From the NCBI GenBank assembly GCA_026770705.1, contig JANJGN010000021.1, forward strand, positions 89,714,001-89,778,000: a stretch of 64,000 nt of DNA. The letters run 5' to 3'. Below the pieces are notes generated by a model. It made no database searches, was not told the DNA's origin, and was given only the letters and a program-made list of their open reading frames with translations. Shown here piece by piece: positions 1-10,669 of this stretch. Each line of letters opens with the position of its first letter. Position 1 is the stretch's first letter. The translations under genes were made by a program, and so were the position numbers. The stretch is from Isurus oxyrinchus. Its lineage: Eukaryota.

Positions 1-1630
1 GCCTTACTATTGATTTTCAGAATCTGCCCTGCCATCTTCAATGATTTAAACGCACGATTTGTTCCTCTGCTCACTTGATTCCTTTAGAATTGTATCCGTT
101 AGTTTATTCCGCCTTTCCTTCTATCTTTCGAGGAACTTGCGTCACTTTATACTACCAGACTTTCACTTTTATATCCCCGCCCATTCCACCATCCTATGAC
201 CTCTGGAAGCCTAACCCTATCTTCCTCACAGTTCACAATACTTGCATGTTTTGTGATCTCTGCCAATTTTGAAAATGTGCTGCGTGAACCCAAGCCTAGG
301 ATATTAATATAGCTTAAGAACAGCAGTGGTCTGAATTCGGGCACCTGGGGAACCCCAATACATATTGTCCTCCTGTACAAAAAAAAGCACAACCATTTAC
401 CTATACCTTCTTTTCTCTGTCCTTTCCATGTTAGGACTGTGCTTTGTTATTCTGCCTTCAGATTTGCTGGCAAGGCTGTTATGTGGCACTTTGTCAAATG
501 CCATTTGGAAGTCGATTTGGACAACATAAACAACATTACCCTCATCAACTCTCTGTTTTACCTAAAAAGAAATCTCCATAAAATTAGTGAAACTTGATTT
601 ATCATGAACAATATTTTGTTGGTCCTTAATTTACATTTGTCCGATTTTCTTCCAGATTATGATTTATGCCCGTTTTCCTATCACTCTGGTTAAACTGTCT
701 GGAATGTAGTTATCGGGTTTGCCTTTACACTGTTTCGAACCGTGGTGTACCATCTGAATTTCTCCAGTCCTCTGGCTGTATCTAAGGAGAACTGAATATT
801 TGCGGACAGTACTCAGCAATTTCCAGCCTTAGTTCCCTCAGTATTCTCGGATGCATCTGACCTTGTTCTAATGACTAATAAACTTTAACTAAAGCTTAAT
901 ATTATCATACATCCTCTTTATCGCTTTTACTAATTCATTATCTGCATGACTTCGTCTTTCACCATGGCTTTGGCAGCATCTTTTTTCTTGGTGAAGAGAG
1001 ATGCAAAGTACTGATAAAGTATGCCAGCCATGTTCTGTTCCTCCTTTTGTGACGTCCTTTTTGACCCCTAATCCCTCTTCTTCCCCTTTTTACAACCCTC
1101 TAACCATGTATATGCCTAGAGAAGACTTTGCAATTCAATTTTATGCAAGTTGCCAGTCTCATATAACAAGCTCCATGCTGCTCTCATTTTTTGCTTCAAT
1201 TCCCCTCTTTACTTTCGATATTTAGGTTGGTTCTCATCTGAATTGTCAAGCTGACATTTGCCATGCGTACTGTTTTTCTGTTTTAATACTCTATCTCTTT
1301 CTTTATTCTGGCTTTGTTAATCCTACATTTTCCTCTCGCAAGAATAGAGCTAGGCTGTACCTGAAGTGCCGCCTATTTAAAGATAGCCCATTGTTAAATT
1401 ACTGCATACCGTGTCAATTTGGTATTCAATTTACTGGCGTCAAATCTATTCGCACCCTATTGAAATTTCAACACAGTACCCAATTGCTTACCTTTAAGTT
1501 ATTTATATATTTCTCCTTGTTAGTTTCCATAGCTAACTTAAACATTTATGATCTTATGATTCTTTGCCCCTAAGTGTTCTCCAAATAATGCACTTGTCCC
1601 ACTTCACTCCACAAATGCAGATTCAACAAT
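1..1630 (-). mobile_element. Decayed CR1-clade LINE (RT region and upstream part of ORF2)
   Basis: Minus ORF 147..392 reads GVPQVPEFRPLLFLSYINILGLGSRSTFSKLAEITK, a decayed CR1 RT motif GVPQGSVLGPLLFLIYINDL...ISKFADDTK. Flanks continue as CR1-like sequence with many stops. Confidence 0.85.
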
Positions 1631-1724
1631 TTGGTTCTGAGTAAGGAGGCGGACTTATTATTCATTAGTTGGAAGAAATTAAAATAATGCAATGACAACC
1701 CTATTTATTCTAATTTTATTTCAG

Positions 1725-1751
1725 ACACCAGTTCAGTAAAAAGAATGAAAG
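1725..1751 (+). CDS. 27-nt phase-1 coding exon of the B30.2 gene (xTSSVKRMK)
   Basis: Acceptor ttttatttcag| and donor AAG|gtaagt. Length 27 nt. The final G plus TT from 8228 gives GTT (V) in frame with the PRY domain. Short phase-1 linker exons before the B30.2 exon are typical of butyrophilin/TRIM genes. Confidence 0.7.
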
Positions 1752-3439
1752 GTAAGTGTTTTCCAACAATATGGATAACCCAGCAATTCCCTGAGTACTT
1801 TTCTTTCTCTTGTAGCTGCATGCAACGATCGTACAAAAGCAAAAACAAAGCAGTTATAAGGGCAGGAAAGTTTTTTTGATGTTAGGCCAAAATGGGTCTT
1901 AGCGAACGAAAAAATCAGTATCTCATCTATCAGGCTATGCTGAACAAATCGCCCAGCTTCAACCCAGACTGATCATTATTACTACTAACACTGTAATCTA
2001 GGACTTTGTTTCAGACATGCACATTTGCCTAAATAGTTTGTTGGTTGCCGAAGTTCCTCGCTGAATGCTCTTCAACGCTACTGAACTTGAAGTTATATTA
2101 GTTCTTACTAATATATATATATTAGACAATGTCACATATATTAGACAATCCCAGCTGCTTGTCCGGTCGTCCAAAATGTCATGCCTTTAAAAAAAATAAT
2201 TGCCGCCTTTCCTGCCTTCATAACTTCAGACTCGTTGAGTCCTGCTTTCTATTTTCTGCCATCACATGTCAAAAGGGAATTTGCTTATCCCGTTCTCAAC
2301 GCGGAAGCTACGATAACAAAGAAATTATCCTCACCTCTAGAAAGCCATCCTTATAAGTTTTGGTCTTGGCACATCAATGTATTCACTACAAAACGTGCCC
2401 GAAACCTACCACTTTTATACTTATTATTCAGCATTAAGAACGTTTTTTCTTTCACTACACAATGATACCCCGACTTCTGGAAAACATTTGATATTTTATT
2501 ATACTAAAACAGCAGTAATGCAGCAAACTCTTGCTCGTAATTTTGTTCCTCTTCTTGTTTTGCTCGTTAAAATGGCGGCGTTCCTGTTCCTCTTTTCCTT
2601 TCTCCTCCTTCGTCTTGTTGCTGAAATTAATCGCCCAATCTTTAGACTGTCTTTTGCATTTCAATTCAATCAGAGGCATAAAAGTACAATATACATGAAA
2701 CAAAGAATGGAATTTAACTCAAATAATTGAAATTCAGTATGACGTTTGTTTCTGTTGCACGTGCTGAAATACTATTCCAATCATTGTTAACATTTAGAAA
2801 ATTGCATTTAGTTAACAGGACACCGGATAAAAGTCAGGTGACACATTGGAAGAGCAAACCAGATATATGAATTAATATAAACTTGAATGAGGCCATTCGT
2901 ACTCATAGTTCCTCTTTAGAACTATTCCACAAGTCTCATGCCTTTTTTCTTCCCAAATATCACTGAAAAATTTCCACTCCAAAAGATTATCCCTGTTGAA
3001 GTTATTGAAGTTGCTTTCTGTCCCCCTTTGGAGAGCGAATAGAACGAATCACTGTAGGGATTTAACCCTCAACGTGGCGCGTCTGCATTCTTAAACGGTT
3101 CCCATAAGTGATGTGTCCTCTCGCTACCGACATATCCGGCATTCTTGACTATTCTATATGATGCCAAAAGCAATCATGATTTTGAACATCACTTTCAAAT
3201 CTTGCTTTAACCTTGAGAACACCAAAAGAAACGACCCCAGGTTTTCTGCTCTCTCCATGTAACTGCAATATTTTATTATTTGTTAGTAATTTAGTAAATA
3301 TCCTCTGCACTCTGAACAAGGTCTTGACATTATTGCTAAAGCATGATGCGCAGATCCGGGGGCCTAACCAGTTTAAAAAAGTTTTAGTGTAATTCCTTGC
3401 TATTGGAATACACATGTCTATTTACAAAGCCAATCATTT

Positions 3440-5790
3440 AGATTGGTTGCAGGCTCACAGAGCATACACTGGCTCGGTCTTAACCGTCTATCACTAAATT
3501 TGGCCTGTTAGCACCACTGTTGATGGACGTGAAAGGTGTATTTGCCAGAACGGTCGGGCAGCAGGTGGTGTGAGGAGCATCGTCCTCACCAATCTATCTG
3601 TCGCAGATGCACCTTGAAATGATGTTGTGCGTAAGAGTGACCGTCTCACAGCCTTTGCAGAGGCAGAGGTCCTGCCTCTCCAGGATGTTGTGTGGCACTA
3701 CCAACGTGCTTAGTGGAATCGATTCAGACCAAACCCATCATCTCAAAATTGGGCACCCCTGAGGCATGTGTGCCAACTAATGCAGCAGAAATGCATTCAG
3801 CCACAATATGTAATCTTACGGCCCTGAATAACTCGCACTCTTCCATTCATTAAAAGCCCTGGTTCAATCAGGTGCAGATGGGGACATGGAAGAAGCAGCA
3901 ACAGGCACCCCCAAAATGCGGTGCCAACCTTGTGAAGCTACAACACATGACTGAATTCCAAACAGTGAAAGCAACATCTTATAGACAGAGCTGAATGACC
4001 CGTTTACAGATGGATCAGTTCCAAAAGCTGCGGCCCTGTCAGATACAGTCGTGAATGGTTCTTACAATTAAACATCTAACTGAGGGAAGAGGTTCCGCTA
4101 ACATCCCTGCCTTTAATAATGGGGAAATTACAGTACTTCAGTGTAAAAGACATGGCTGAAACATTTGCAAATAATGGGCAATTTAATTCGCTGCCCCCCT
4201 AAAGACGCCGGCAGCAGGAAAGGCAGTATTTAGGAAATGCGATTTAGTCCACGTGATATCAAAAAGCTGCATAGGCATTACAGAAAACGCTCCGGTGCCT
4301 GACAATATAGAGGCCCTAGTACAGAAGAATTGCCCTGCCTTAAGAGCCGTGCGATAGTCAAGCACTTCGAGTACAGCCACAACGTTGCTATTTACTCGGC
4401 AATGTCTACAGTTATTAAGAAATTCCCTGTCCACTTAACAGGGCAAATCCAATCCTTCCATTTATAACCCCATTAGTCTCCTCTCAATCATCAATAAATT
4501 AAAGGACGATGGCGACGCAGCACAATAACATGTCATTTACGCACAATAACTTGTTTCTCGACGATCATTTTGGTTTCTGCCAGCGCCTTACTACTTCAAA
4601 CCTCATTACAGCATTGGTTCAAACAGGGCAAATACCTGGGTTGAGGTGAGGGGAACTGTGCTTGACATTAAGGCAGCACTTAACTGAGTATAGTTTAATT
4701 GACCCCGAGCAAAATCCAAGTAAATGCGATTTAAAGGCAAAGCTCTCAACTGGTTGGAATCATACACAGCACAAGGGAAGTTGATTGTGCAGGGTGGAGG
4801 CCAATCATCTCAGCTCCAGGGCAACATTGTAGCAGTCCCTGAGGATTGTGGCCTCGGCACAACCATCTCCAGCTGCTTCAAAAATGCATTTCTCTGCACC
4901 ATAAGGTCAAAAGTGCAGTGTTCATTATGATTGCACAGTGTCCAGTAATAATTTACACTGCACAGATACTGCAAGCAGTCAGAGTCAAATTGTAGCAAGG
5001 CCTGACAACATTCTCGCTTGGGCTGATGAGAGGCAAGTAACATTGACGCCATGCGAGTGAAATGTGATGACCATCTCCAACAAAAGAACATCTAACCATG
5101 TTCACCTGATTTTGAAAGTGATAACCTTTGCTGAATAGTAAACCATTAACGTCCTGGGTGTTACTATTTCCAAATTTTAAGAGGGGAAGCCTCATAAACA
5201 CTGCAGTTACAACAGCAAATCAGAGGCTGTGATTATGAGGGTGAATTACTCACCTCCTGACCTCCAAAAGCTTATCCACTATCGACAAGACAAGTCATGA
5301 ATGTAATAGTATACACTACTTGCCTGAATGAGTGGGCTAGAATAATACTCAAGAAGTGAGACCCCCCGGGACAAAGCAGGCCACTTTATTCGCACCCCTC
5401 ATGCCAATTTAAATATTCACTCCCTCATTGCCTATGCACAGTTACAGCAGCGTGCACCATATACAAGATGTACTGTAGCAACTCGCCAAGTCTCCTTCAA
5501 TAGCACTTTACAAACTTGCGAATTCTATCACCTAAAATAATAAAGGTCGTACACCAGCACCTGCAAATTCCCTTCTATTTCAAGCAACATTCCACCTGAC
5601 CCGGGGCTAAATCACAATTCCTTCGTGGTGACTGGATCAAAACACTGGAATAGCCTTCAGAATAGCACTGTAGATTTACCTACCCTAGATGGACTTTAGC
5701 CTTTTAGAAAGCTGTCTCACCATCAGTTTCTTGAGGGCAGTGAGGATAGGCAACAAATGTCAGAGATGCTCACATTCCATGAAAACAGAT
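3440..5790 (+). mobile_element. Old CR1/L2-group LINE, family B, long decayed copy
   Basis: Colinear similarity to copies at 23480-24800 and 51810-52890: decayed VPEDCGLGTTISSCF (VPQGSVLGPTIFSCF) and the shared 3' end gggcaat..ggataggcaa.aaatg. Confidence 0.8.
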
Positions 5791-5869
5791 TGATAAAACA
5801 CGAAACAGCCTGCCTGATAGGCATGCCATCCACCATCTTCATCACCCACTCCCCCCACCACCATTCTTA

Positions 5870-6170
5870 AGTCATTGTAAATTGCTGCTTCACCTGGAAG
5901 GAGTGTTTGGGGCCTTGGGCGTTGAGGAGGGAAGAGGTAAAACGGCAGGTGCTACACTGCTGTGATTGCATGGGAAGGTGCCCTGTGAAGGGGGTGCGGT
6001 ACAGGGGGTGATATAAGAGTGGGCCAGGGTGCCACGGAGGGAACTGCCCCTTCGGAATGCTCATAGGGGAGTTGAGAGGAAGATATGTTTGGTGTTGGCA
6101 TCATGCGGGAATCAGAAAGGATATGATCCTTTGAATACTGAAGCTGCTGGTGTGGAACTTGGGAATAAGG
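5870..6170 (-). mobile_element. Penelope-like element fragment, inverted relative to 6330-7200
   Basis: Reverse complement matches 6330-6580 (HSEGAVPSVAPW vs HSKGTVPSMAPW in equivalent frames). Confidence 0.75.
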
Positions 6171-6329
6171 GTACCATATACACGGTCTTTGAATCCAGAG
6201 ACTGGCGTGGTGAAAAATGAGGGCAAAGGAAACACTATCATAGTCCTTTGAATGCAAAGGCTCATGACAGATTTCCCTTACTCTCACCTTCCACTTCACC
6301 AGCCTCAGTATTCAAAGGACCATACTTCA

Positions 6330-7200
6330 CCATTTCCATCAATTCCAGCATGATGCTGCCATCAAACCTATATTCCTCTCACCTCACCTGTCAGCATTCC
6401 AAAGGGACTGTTCCTTCCATGGCACCCTGGTCCACTGCCCTATTAGCCTCAGAATCCCATCCCCATCTCATGGCACATTCCTATGCAATCGCCGGAGGTG
6501 TAACACCTGCCCCTTTAACTATTTCCTCCTCGCCGCCCAAGGCCTCAAATACTCCTTCCAGATTAATTGCTGATTTACTAATGCTTCTTTGAATTGGTAT
6601 GCATATTCACTGCTCACAATGCAGTCTCCTCTACATTGGGGAGACTAAACGCAGACTGGATGATCACATTGCGGAGCACCTTAATTCAGTCTGCAAGCAT
6701 AACCCGGACCTTTCTGTCATTTGCCTCTTGAATTCACCATCTTACTCCCGTACTCACATTTCTATCTAGTATGATTTCTATCTACAGAATGCCCTGCTAC
6801 AATATCCCAAGGAAGCCCAATGCAAGCTGGAGGAACCTCATCCTCCGACTTTGCAGCCTTCGGGGCCCAACATTGAGTTCAACAGCTTTAGACTATGAAC
6901 TCTGTGCTCCATTTCCAATTTTGTCAGCCTCGTGTCAATCTCCATCTTGTTCTCATGCTTTGCTTTCAGACGGCGCTGATTCTTTTTCTGCTATTAACAC
7001 ATTCTGCCATTTTACTTTCAGACAATGTTGACCTTTATACTGTTACAAATACCTATTTTACATGAAAACTTTAGACTTTCATACTATCATTACCACTCCC
7101 TTTGTCTTACATTCCATGACATCTTTGCCATTTAATCTCTTCGGCCACCTACCTATCCTTGATCTTCTATTCTGCTCCACCTACCCCTCCCCCATTTATG
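6330..7200 (+). mobile_element. Penelope-like retroelement with GIY-YIG endonuclease remnant
   Basis: 6605-6682 translates IHCSQCSLLYIGETKRRLDDHIAEHL, the YIGET..R..EH signature of Penelope GIY-YIG endonucleases. Confidence 0.85.
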
Positions 7201-7649
7201 CACGTCCGTCCCATCTTCCTCGGCACAGGTAGCCACGTACTTCCTATGTTCCTGAACTCTCTTTAGCTGGTCAAATCCTCGAACGTGCTCCCCAGAATAT
7301 GTATCAATCGAGACGATTGCCGAGAAGAATTTACGCAGAGCGAAGAACCATCGGGCCAGATCTTCTATTCTTCCATTCCCGGGGGTGGGTGTGGGGCTAC
7401 GCCGGCTGATGTGCTGAGCATGTACTGAACGATGTGCATTCCCCAGAAGTTCCCATGTGAGGACTGCACAGGACTTGCCCGGGAAGTTTACATTTTAGAT
7501 CAGTAATTACCCTGCGCCTGGAAACAGCTGAAAGTCAGATTTAATTCGGAAACTTCGCATGCTTCCGATTCTTATAGCAGAATATTTGCCCAGGAAAAGT
7601 TAGAAGGCTGAAAACCACTTCTAGCCCTTGGGTAACTATAGTACTGACA

Positions 7650-7915
7650 GCGGACCCCCTACTGGAGCTTGTGAGTACACTCTCAACACGCCCCCCCCTC
7701 CCGACCATCCCCGACTTCTCCACTACCCTCTCGAGCCTTGTACCACTCCACCACTCCGACAAACATTCCAGACCCCTGCTCACACCCCGTTCCCACCAGC
7801 AACACCCCCTTCCCACCGGCAACACCTCCACTCTCGACTACTCCCGACCATCATCCCTAACTACTCCCCAGCTAAGCTTCCATCCCCCCATCTTTCGACC
7901 CACCCTGACTACCGC
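7650..7915. repeat. C-rich degenerate minisatellite / low-complexity tract
   Basis: Recurrent cccgaccatcc, ccgact and accactcc units. Confidence 0.6.
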
Positions 7916-8227
7916 TACATTGCTTGCATTACTCTTCGCATGGTCGCGTATTTAGCATGGACGTTTGCACTAACTCAAAAGGCTACAATAATTATTTTTC
8001 CCATTGTAATGATATCAGTTGAAGTTCCCTCATTTTTGTTAATGCTATTATAGTTGCAATGTTAAAACGCTGCAGGAGACATTCCCAAAGCTTAACATTT
8101 AAATTTGCAGCAAGGGAAGATCTAGAACAGAAGGGCAAGATTGACAGATATAGAGGAGTTGTAAAACAATTCCGATAGTTCTTAATCGGTTTCTGCGCTT
8201 TAATTATTTCCATTGCTGTTTCTCTAG

Positions 8228-8748
8228 TTGATTTTGAACTGGATCCAGATACGGCAGATCCACGATTTTTGCTCGCGACAGATCATCGCAGCGTTCGATG
8301 GACTGAGAATGTACAGAACTTCACCGAAATTCAAAAGAAGTATTTTGGAACCTACGTTTTATGGGGTACTAAAGGATTCGCATCAGGGAAACACTATTGG
8401 GAGATACTGGCAGATGAAGGAACTGTTTGGTGTGTCGGTATATCGTCACTGAATTTCCGGACAAAAAAAGGAATAAGGTCATCTCCAAAAGACGAATACT
8501 GGGCTGTGCTGCTGTGGAACATAGGTAGAAGATTCTACAAAACGAGGTCAATGGGCACTTTCATTAGAATCATTGAATTGCTCAAGGTAGGAGTTTATCT
8601 CAACTGTGATGAAGGGACACTGACGTTTTATAATCCTGAAGATGATACCCCTGTCTACACGTTCACTGGAAAATTCGTTGACAAAATGTATCCTGTATTC
8701 AGATTTTTATTTGCTGAATCCAGAAATAATGGTTTAACAATAGTCTAG
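8228..8748 (+). CDS. Terminal exon encoding a PRY-SPRY (B30.2) domain of a butyrophilin- or TRIM-type protein
   Basis: Acceptor ctgtttctctag| at 8227. Frame reads (V)DFELDPDTADPRFLLATDHRSVRW (PRY LDPxTA motif) ... GFASGKHYWEI ... WCVGI ... KVGVYLNCDEGTLTFYN ... VYTFTGKFVDKMYPVF, open to TAG at 8746-8748. Confidence 0.95.
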
Positions 8749-8762
8749 TGCGTTCAGAAATG

Positions 8763-8915
8763 GCTATCTATCTATCTGCCTGTATGCCTGTCTGTCTGTC
8801 TACTTATCTATCTATCTATCTATGTATCCATCTATCTACCCGTCCATACATATGTATATCTATCTATATGTCTATCCATCCATACATGTGTATATCTACC
8901 TATATATCTATTCGT
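8763..8915. repeat. Compound (TATC/TGTC/CATC)n microsatellite in the 3' UTR
   Basis: ctatctatctatctgcctgtatgcctgtctgtctgtctacttatctatctatctatc... starting just after the stop codon. Confidence 0.9.
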
Positions 8916-9049
8916 CTGCTTTTGTTCCTTACGGATGATCGGGCGCAAAATTCAATTAAAAAGGCTAAGGAGTATTAACCTTCCTGTCAGGGGTGCTGGG
9001 GTTCAACGCGTAGGATGATATTCTTCCGTTGCGTGGGGTCATAATCAGG

Positions 9050-9530
9050 TCCCATTTAAGCAATATACTGGGTTTTGGACATCGCACTCCATGAAGGAGA
9101 TATAGTTTTCTAACGCTGCAATGTTCACCAGTATGATGTAGTGGTTGACATTTTTACATGATGAGAACATGCCACTTAAATTTGGCGTGTATTCGCACGA
9201 CACTAAGAGAAAGCGGAGCTGTCTTAAGTTTCACACGAGAAATATAGGATAATTGCGATGGAACATTTTCTTCCGTATGGGAACTAAACGATCAAGAACA
9301 ACATGGCCCTATTTGAAGGCTAAAAACAGGTTTTGCCGAAACGAATCAGGAAACACTTGAAATGCTGGTGTTTCTAGGGTAATTTCATCATCTATATCGT
9401 GACAAAGAAATATTTATTAAGAAAGTCAAAGGATATGGAGCAGAAGCGAGTAAATGGAATTGAAATGCATGATCAGCGAAGAGCTAATTGGATACCAGAA
9501 TAGGTTAGATGGGGTGAATTACTTATGTCC
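9050..9530 (+). mobile_element. Highly decayed CR1 3' fragment
   Basis: Degenerate match to the CR1 ORF2 C-terminus and 3' UTR seen at 22860-23430. Confidence 0.6.
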
Positions 9531-10669
9531 TTATTGTTTCTGTCCTCCATTTTTAGCTTTTTTTTAACGGGTGAAGAATTTGAAATTGGGAGCAATATCG
9601 TAGAAAGGAAGATTTCTAAATTTCAAGTTGTTCGTTCTAAATTCCACATTATGCTATTTGAACGAGGGGCCAATTCCTTCAATTCAAATAAGCTGACTAT
9701 CAAAAATAGTGGTTAAACTAATTTGACCTGATTTTTAACTCATTACATTATATCTGCACTCTTCATCGAATAGTTAACCTCGTTACTAGAGCTGCTCACA
9801 CATTCCAAAAAATATTTACTGATATTCCTATTCATTAACGCCACGAGGTGGACATTTCTAACTCTTTATGGCCAGGAAAGAAATAGAAATCTAATGAAGA
9901 GGAGCAGACATTTATTTATGACATGTTTCTGTTTTTTTGCATTAAATAAAATGCAGCAATGCAAAGATGGGGTGAAAGAATTAGAACCCTTTGCACCTAA
10001 GAAAATTCTTCGCCATATTGATAATCTTTTAAGCACTTGGCTAATCTTATACGAGCTATCAACTATTGTGTTGGGAATATAAAGCACTTTAACTAGCTCT
10101 TGCAAAAGATTGCATGAATCCTAAAGGCGATTTCTTTACTTTCTATTTCGCACTTGTGTCGATGTTTTGAGTTCTGTTTTCGTTGGATTTCCAGTTTGTA
10201 TGCCATTACCTAGTTGCTAAAATTTAGGATGCCCATGTATAGCCGTGCTTAACGATTGTTAATGTATTTCTATCCTGTACATGGAATCATATGCTAAATA
10301 CATAATGAAGAATTTAGCAATGCTTTCTCTGGCATTTTCTACTTTTCACTTTGTCGTTGTTTGACAAATTTATTTGCTTCTGGTTGTAAGATTACATTAT
10401 GTATAAATCGCTTTCTGCAGCATTGACACATTCTACAATCTTAAATCGCAAAATCCTGAAATTTTATTGATCAATTTTTGAATATTTAGCAATAAAATGA
10501 GGCGCACATTTCTGTTGCTTTCTTCTGGAAGATTCGGTGGCTTAAGGACAGGAAAGAAAAAAAACTCCAATGAAGAGGAACACACATTTAGTTATGATAT
10601 ATTTTTGCTTTTTTCTATATTTAAATAAATGGACCAACTGATTAGCAAGCATCATTCTGGGCTTGAATT

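Noticed and set aside
7628-8053. Proline-rich 141-aa ORF
   Set aside because: It arises from the C-rich low-complexity tract and has no splice signals or domain.
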